Source: Eledone cirrhosa (taxonomy: Eukaryota). Taken from it: DNA of 64,000 bases. The DNA lies in contig OZ024740.1 in NCBI GenBank assembly GCA_964016885.1, forward strand, positions 392,522,001 to 392,586,000, given 5' to 3'. This document shows positions 53,801 to 62,800 of the stretch, one piece after another. Below the pieces are notes generated by a model. It saw only the letters and a list, made by a program, of their open reading frames with translations. It had not been told where the DNA came from and did no database searches. Within the stretch, counting starts at the first letter, position 1; each line of letters opens with the position of its first letter. A program made the translations under genes and the position numbers.

Positions 53801-56800
53801 TGGATTGCATCTGTTCAGTTAGTGTTAATATATGTAATGTATGTACCATCAAATATATTAACTAGAATAATATCCAGCCATAGAAACAAACTATACCAAA
53901 AAAGGGTTCAGAGGACTCTTTAATCACTTCAAGGACATAACAACTTCTCTAGTACTGGCACCATGAGTACACCCAGTACACTCTGTAAAGTAGTAGGAGT
54001 CAGAAAGGGGATACAGCCAGAGAAACCATGTCAAAAAAATTTGAAACAACTTTTTAGTTGTGTCAAGGACATGACAACTTCCTTATTGCCATGATAAAAT
54101 GCTGCCACTATGTAAAGTGCTTGACCATAGGAGGACATCCAACTGTAGAAACCATTCCAAAATTGGAATGTATGTAAACAAGACATGGTTGCCTGGCTTG
54201 TCTATGAGGACAGTAGCTTTGATTAAGTACTAACTTGGTCTGTAACAGCCTTTCCAATTCATACCAGCATGGAATGGAAGATGTAAAATGATGGTGGTGA
54301 AAAAAAGATTATACTAACCATTAGCTAATATTTATATTTTCTAAATGATTCTATTTTCTTATGCCAATAATTGTTCAATGTTGTACATTTACTTAATGAA
54401 TATTGAATACTTCAGCTAATACTCTGTGAATGTTATGTTTCATTGAGAATACCAGAATAAAATCAAAACAACCAAAATTACATAAAGATAAACAAATTAA
54501 TATCAGTCATTGACTAATATTGTTTTGTATTCCTCATCTCATATGAATTTCTAGTTAGCTTTTATTTTATGCTTCTCACATTATATATGTTTACACTAAC
54601 ACAAACTATTGTTTTCTATGTTAAGTGTCTATTTACCTGCTAGAAATAGTAGCCAAATATCTAAAACCACACTTTACCATCTAAAGAAAAAATGTCTTAA
54701 TGGATTATGTAGTTTAAGGTGCAGTGTTCTTGGGATGGTCATGGCTGAAATGTCATTGATTATGTCTACTTGAACAGGGCTGAATTGGAGTTTAACAACA
54801 ATAATAATAATGATTTCGAATTTAGACAGAAGGCCAGCAATTTGTGGAAACGAGGAAAGTTGATTATATTGACTCCAGTATATAACTGATACTTAACAAC
54901 AATAATAATAATGGTTTCTTTATTAATCACAAAGGGTTTACATCAAGAAAAACATTATGACAGTACTGGACGAAAACATAGAGTGTGTGTGTGATAGAGT
55001 GTGTGTGTGTGTGTGTGTGGGGGGGGGGGGGGGTTGCGTGTAAACAAATTTTAGCAATGTTAAAAAAAAAAAAAAAATAATGAACCAATATCTATGTAGT
55101 CATTGAACCAAATCTTTATAACCACATCTCACTGTCTTAACCCTTCCATTTTTCTAATGAAAGACACTGCCTATTATTTTGAAATATTGAAAAAAAAATA
55201 TTAAGAATTTGAATGGATTTTGTAATATAACTAACTTTCTCGAAAGGATTTTGTAATATAACTAACTGTCTCAAAAGGATTTAGTAATATAACTAACTTT
55301 TTCAGATAAAGGAAATGGAAAAAATTTACTGTAAGCGCAACCCAAATTCTTTACCTGCATTACTGATGGCAGCTGGCAATTCCATTGAAACAACAGGTGG
55401 CAGTCACCAGAAACCTTCCCCACTCACTGAAATGCTAGAGCAGAAGGTTAAAAAGCTAGAGAATCACTTGCAAAATGCTCAAGAAGAAGGTGACCTCAGA
55501 GTGAGAACTGTGGAACAAAAGTATAACAAACTGAAGGTTAGTTTTTATAGTTAGCAAATGAAATCATGTATTTATTTAGGATGCTAAGTTTGTTTGAATG
55601 GCTGGAGAATTACAAAATCCTAACTGTTTGAAGTCTGTATCTGGTTTAGAATAGGTACACAATATCCCGGCATGTCGTAAACAGTGACTAAAAAATAAAA
55701 GAGTTTGTTTAGGAAGGGCATCCATCTATAAATTATTGTCTCATAAGTTCTGTTCAAAAGCTGATGTAAAAAATGATGATGGTGATGATGATGATAATGA
55801 TGTCGAGTTCTTGCAGTCAGTGGTGATTTGGGGTCCCATATCATATGCAAGTGTTGGACCATTCTGTTTCTTAAAGGTCATACTCAACTCAGAGGTCTAC
55901 CAAGAGATCTTGAAGCATTACATGATTCCGTCAGTTGACAGGCTATATGGTGATGTGGAATTTCTGTTCTAGCAGGAGTTAGGAACTACACATAGTGCCA
56001 GAACAGCCAACATCTGGTTTACTTATCATCATATCAACATGCTTCATTGATGATGTAACTCATCTTATATGAATCCCATTGAGAATTTACAGAGTATAAT
56101 TAAAAAGAAAATGGTTAGCTTGTAACCTGGTAATTAGCTGAAGTTGAAGGCTATTATTGAAGCCATCTGAGATTCCATTACACCTGAGCAGTCAGAGGTT
56201 TCCCCTATGTCATGATATATTCAAGCAGTTATTGAAGCCAAAGGACATACATCCAAGTACTAACTGACATTTCATACCCACTTTTCAATTTTTTACCAAC
56301 TTGCTCTATTGTAATTATGTTTTAAATGATCAAATAAACATTTCGAGATAGTGGCTTTTTATTGATCCCTGCATGGAAACTCGAAATGTTAGCTTATATC
56401 AACAAAATACTGGTAATAAATCAGTTTAGATTTAGTGAGCCTAATGCAATTGAAATTTTGATGTTCGGACTTAACTGACAACAAATATCAAATTTTTGAA
56501 TAATATTCTAATTTTTTGAAACACACATGTATATGTAATTCTCTCTAATTTTGGCACAAGACCAGAAATTTAGGAAAAAGGGTTAGGTGACTATACCTAG
56601 TCCCTAGTACTTGGTCAGGTCAGGTTTCTACCTGCTACTGGTACCATGTAACAGTACAACCTGCTTCATGGTCAAGTGGCCAGTGACTAAACCAGCTCCC
56701 TCATCAAATCCTGGTCTGGTGAGGAGGATAAGTAGAACCCCAGCCACACAGAAAGTGCTGTTAAAAGGGTGTCTCACTCCTCAGAGTCAACAGCCTAAGG

Positions 56801-59800
56801 GGTTTATATTCTAACCAACCTGCAATTGGCTAAGCATGGTGAGTACGGTTACATCCCTGACATGACCAAAACCAACGAAAGTGGTGGAAGTCAACCAGGG
56901 AAGACCCTGGATTGGATTCTATTGGAGTACGTGATTAGTATGTCCGGAAGGATGAAAGACAAAGTTGATATAGGTAGGATTTGAACACAGAATGTAAAGT
57001 GTCAGAAAAAATGCCATAAAGGATTTTGTCCAATGTTCTAATGACTCTACCTACCAACCACACTATCATTTGTATATATATATATAATGGAATCCTTTCA
57101 ATTCAGAACACTAGTTTGTAAGTCAGTTTCCTGTTAAAATTAATTTACAGAGTTCTGTTCCCGGTATCCTTTGTTTCTTCCAAAAGTCTTTGCACCACTG
57201 TGGTTAAGGACTTTGCTTCACAATCACATAGTTTCAGGTTTAGTTCCACTGTATGGCACTTTAGGCATATCAACCTCAGTATTTGTTTAGTTCAAGTCAA
57301 CCTTTATTTTTTTTAACTGCTTAGTTGTGGGACGTAAACAAACAGTAAACATAAATAGACATGGACACATACATATATATATCTGTATATGTACATATAT
57401 ACAGGGTGTCCCCCCAAAACGTATACACACTTCAACAGCATTCTAATAAATGTTGCTTGTACAGGTAATCAAAATATGTATACATTTTTGGGACACCCTG
57501 TATCATCATTGTTTAATGTCCATTTTCCCAGCATGGCGACAGTCTAATAACTGAAACCCGTAAAATAAAAACAGAACATTCTGCCTTACAGTATGTATTT
57601 TAGCTCCTTATATTCTTTGTTCAAATCCTGTTGAGGTTAGCTTTGTCTTTTGTCCTTCGGGATCAGTAAAGTACAAGTCTAGGGTGGTGGGATGGCAGAG
57701 TTGTTAAAGCATTGGATAGAATTTCTTGTGCTATTTGTTGTGGCTCTTTGCATTCAAGGTTCAAATCCTGTTGTGGCAAACTAGAGTTGTAGACTTAATC
57801 TGTCATCTAGTTTAACATAGATCTTGAGTGCTTTTAGCAGTCCACTTAGCTACAATTATTTTGGCCAAGTCTCTGGTTTGAGGAAACCTTCCAACCTCAT
57901 TTACATCAGTTTTGAAGGCCCTGAAAAGGGTCTTGAGCATTGCCCTTCCTCTGACTCAGCAATTAAAAAAAGTTAAATATGTTAATGTATACAAAGCTTC
58001 TATAAACATACGATAATGTTTACCGTCTTTTTAATTACATCCTCCACTTTAATTGGTTCTTCTATATTTTGGCCTTCAGTATGAAAGTCAGATTCAGATT
58101 ATACTTACAGTTGGTGGAGCACGAGACTCTTAATTTCAGTGTCATGGGCTCAAGCTCCATGTTAGGTGAGGAAATATATGGTTAAGAAGTTTGCTTCCCA
58201 ATCATTAGGTCCCAGGTTTGATACCACTGTATGGTATTTTGGGAAAGTGCTATTTACCTTAACCATTTGTCTTGTGAGTGGAATTGAATAGACATAAACT
58301 GTTTGGAAACCTGTTCAATGGATTATACCTGTTATTTAAAAGGCCAGCCTTGTCATCTGCTGTGTCACACTGAATCATCATCTTCGTTTAACGTCCATCT
58401 TCCACGCTAGCATGGGTTAGACGGGAATTGTCCCACTTGAGGCAAGGTTGGTCAGGTGACTGTGTCTTGCTCATATAGGACTGTCTGGCAGGTTTTCTAT
58501 GGCTGGATGCCCTTCCTAACACCAACCACATTTACAGTGTGGAACTGGGAACTTTTTACTGTTACGTACATGGCCACATTACAGCATGGACTGTGTGTTT
58601 TTTTTTGTCGTGACACCTACACGATCTCGATCTCATTATCTCATTTATTTGGACTGGATGTTGTGGTACCAACTTTACAGAGAGAGGGTGGTATTAGTGG
58701 GAGTGGGAGGATAGCGTAGGGGTAGTGGATTGGGGTGTATATTTGGTTAAGAGGTACCTACTGACTGTAGGTTTTGCTTTGTACATAGGCAAGGCGGGTC
58801 TTCTGTATTACTACATAGCGCCAAAGATCTCAGTCCAGTGACATTGTCTTAGAGAGGTGTAAGTGTGTAAGGTTGGAATTTGTCAAATCATCCCAGGCTT
58901 TTCTGGGTCTACCTACTCTGTAACTACCATCAATTTTGATCACCCTGCACTTTTTTATACAGCTGTCGTCTTTCATGCGCATCACGTGACCATACCAACG
59001 TAGTCTTCTCTCAAGTAAACAGCATCTGATCCCTCTTATTCCTAATTTCTCACTTACTTCATTTATGCTTTGCCGTTCACGTATATTACTATTACACATC
59101 CAATGGAGCATGCAAGCTTCGTTCCTCTCCAGTTTGCGCAGATCCTCTGACCGCAATGCCCATGTCTCACTGCCATGTAACATTGCTGTTCGTATGCAAG
59201 CATCATACAGTCTGGCTTTCATTTTTAGAGAGAAACCTTTAGCGGCCAATAGTGGTATAAGCTCTCTGAACTTTTTCCATCCCGTTCTGACTCTGGCTGC
59301 TGTACTTTCAGAGCACCCTCCCCCACTGCTGATTTTGTCACCCAGGTAACTGAAGGTGTCCACTATTTCTATAGTACCATCTGGGCAATAGAAGGAGCTA
59401 GTATCCTGTGGGCACTTGCTACTTATTGCACCTGAACATCGGCCACATATAAAATCTATGTTCTTAGATAGTTTACCTGTGATCCCACTACATCTTTTAT
59501 GTACCCATAGTTTGCATTTGGGACATAAAATGGAATTTCTGCCTACTCCTTTCCTACACACTGAGCATGGCCATTTCCCTGAGGGCACCTGTGCCCTATT
59601 TTCCTTTCTACAAACTAGAACTTTAGTCTTAGACAAGTTAACTTTAAGGCCTTTTGATTCTAGGCCATTCTTCCATGTTTGGAATTTCACTGAATCTACC
59701 TGAGAATTATGTTAAAGGTACATGTGTCTGTAGAATGTTCAGCCACTTATACACTAATGTTACAAGCAGGCTGTTCCATTGATGAAACTAATGACTGTCC

Positions 59801-62800
59801 ATTCCAATTTATGTCAAGATTCATTTCAGCTTCTTTCATTTGTCTAGATCTGTTTATATTTTTTATTTGTAAATTTTCTGAAAACATCAATGAAAAAACG
59901 AAAAACTCCCCAAATTTTTATTTTCTTCTTATTTAGTTCACTACTTCAACTAATTCCTCAACACTTAGATCTTTTTAATAAGATTTTATTGTTATTTGTT
60001 TTGTTTGTGTACATAAAGCTGCAGTATGAGAGTCAAATTGAAACATTGGAGGAAACTGTTAAAAAATTACAGCATCAGGCCATTTTGGGTCGTTGTGTCA
60101 CCTGTAAGAAAGCATCAGGTGAAAAGGAGCCAGAAGTACCAGAAATATCTGAAAATGTGGTGAAAGATAATTCAGAAACAACTGTTAAAGATTTACAGCA
60201 GAATATTAACCAACTGCAGTTTGAAGTAGAAAAATACAAACAAGAAGATGGCAAGTCACTTTGCTTTTGGTTTACTTATTCAAACACATATATCTATATT
60301 TTTCCAAATGTTTAACTTATTATAGGGTTGATATATAAAGTATCAGTATGGGATCGGTTGATTAGCAGAATTGTTAGTGTAAGAAGAGTTGCTTGATGGT
60401 ATCTGTTCTTGCTCTTTGAATTCTGAGTACAAATTCTGCACCCTATCTCACATATATTTGGCTATCATGTTCAGGTAGGCCTAAAACTAGCACAGTTGCT
60501 GAGGCTTCATCCTGCAGTGGATAAGAATTGGATGTGTTTAAAGAATAGAGTTAGAGTATGATGTAAAATTTATTAAAAATAATTGAAACATTAGTGTTGA
60601 AACACAAATTTAAGGGATGGATTCATATTCAAAGATTTTGGGTTCAGTCTCTGTCAAATTGTATCATAAGCTTTTGTTGTTTAGCCTGAGACAAGCCTTG
60701 AAGCAGACCTATCAAAGATATTTCAGTTGTGACCATCTTATCATTTTTAACCATATATACTTAATGTTATTTATTCTTGTGTCAGCATTCACCTGAGACA
60801 AGTTAACTAATGTGTCCTTTCCTTATGGTAAGGTTTGATCTGATAGAATTTGGTTACTATTTCTCATAGATCAAGTGATCATGTAGATGCTCCTTTATTG
60901 GTGTGTTTTTGCATAAGTAGAAGTTGAAAAGAAAATGTGTAAGTGGATATAGCAGAAGACTACCAGCTTATAGATTTTGAGTTCAATTGTACTGAAGGAA
61001 CAATATTTCCAGAGAGAAATTTGGGCTTCATAATTGTTTAATGTCCTATTTTTTTTTCTTTTGTCTTTCTTTCAGTTAATTTGTATGGTCTGTTAGAGAA
61101 AAGCCTAAACAAAGAGATACAGTTGCAAAACAAAGTGCAAGTTTTACAACAACAGCGAGATTCTAGCAGTAACCAGCTTGCAACACTGCGCTGCATGTTT
61201 AATAAACTTCAAAATGAAAAGCAGGTCTTAGTGAGGCAGCAGCTTGTTAAAAAGCCAATGTCAGTGAATGAAGGTGTGTCTGTGTATTTTCATTTTATTT
61301 TGTATATTCTTTTTACATTTGAATCTGAATAGGACTGAGACTTTTGTGTGTGTGTGCATGTGTGAATGGGTATATTTAAATTATTTATTTATCAGTCAAT
61401 TGTCTTATGAATAATATAAATATTATAAACTTTTTTGTCTGTATAACATTATGTCTTTGAAATGTTTCCATAGTTTATCAGTCAATTGTTTTATGAATAA
61501 TATAAATGTTGTGCATATATTAGATTATGCCTTTGATTTCATAGTTATAACATTACAGATTTATAACTATAACATTACATGCAAAATAATATTATAGATT
61601 ATGTCTGGCATGGTCTGGATCATTGCTGGTAAAAACCTTCCTAATTTGTATACACATGCAAAGAGGAAAGCTCAAAATTGTATGTTTAAAACGAGAAGGA
61701 ATGTTCCTGTATTAAAGGAATCTATAATGAATAAGGAATATATTAAAAGAAATACTACAGAGTTCTAATAATGTTGATTTTACTGTATATATCAGAGCAT
61801 TGGGCTTACAATTGCGAGGTTGTGAGTTCGAATCTCGGATCGGGCTTTGCGTTGTGTTCTTGAGCAAGACACTTTATTTCACGTTGCTTCTGTTTACGCG
61901 ACATCACTGGTGCCAAGCTGTATTGGCCATTGCCTTTCCCTTGGACAACATCGATGGAGTGGAGAGGAGAGACTAATATGCATGGGTGATTGCTGGTCTT
62001 CCATAAACAACTTTTCCCTGACTTGTGCCTCGGATGAGAAATCCCATGGTCATTTATGACCAAAGGGGGTCTTTACCTTATTACCCAATAAATATAAGAT
62101 TCAAAACTCCCTCCTGTCATACTTATTGTTGTAGAGTATTTTGTAAACTGCAGTGAATTTTGCCCTGATTGAATCATCACTAATCTGAGTTTACTTCCAT
62201 ATTCTAATTTCCTTTACAGAAGGGAATAAAAAGGCTTCAAAACTTCCTAAAAAATCCAAGAAGTCAGATGCAGTTGCTACTGAGTGTATTATGGCTGGAA
62301 AGGAAGAAAAGATTATCAGTGTGATTGAAGTTCCTGAAGATATCCTAAAAGAAAATGAATCCTTAAAACTTAAGGTAAAACAAAGTAAAAGTAAAACCAA
62401 ATCTAGCCAAGCAGTTAAGAATGTTGAATTTTTTTTTTCATATATCAGCAGTTGCTGTTGTTTAGTTTTAAGTCAGACTTGATTGAGCAAACCTATAATA
62501 TAAGATGTTCCAGCTATGATCATTTCATTGTATATTTATAATCACATTATCCAACACATCCTTCCAATTTATTTTACCAGCCATAGGGTATAATTGAAGG
62601 ATCTTTGGCTGCTATTTCTACCAGTATGAACAACCACAGAGAGGTACATATGTTAAATGGAAGCATAGAATTAAGTGTACTGCACAGATACACTGAAAAT
62701 GCTTACAGGGATATTGAACTTGTTCCATGGGTGTCTTTAATGGAGTTCACTCTGTTGTAAGCATTCAGGCCAGGTCTCCAGTTTGAGGATAACTTCCTCT

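Noticed and set aside
58096-58168. Functional tRNA-Lys gene
   Set aside because: The acceptor stem 5' strand is lost and the T-loop/B-box is mutated (GCTCAAG), so it is called a pseudogene.
61388-61510. Direct duplication of TTTATCAGTCAATTGT..ATGAATAATATAAAT
   Set aside because: Ordinary short intronic tandem duplication with no further structure.
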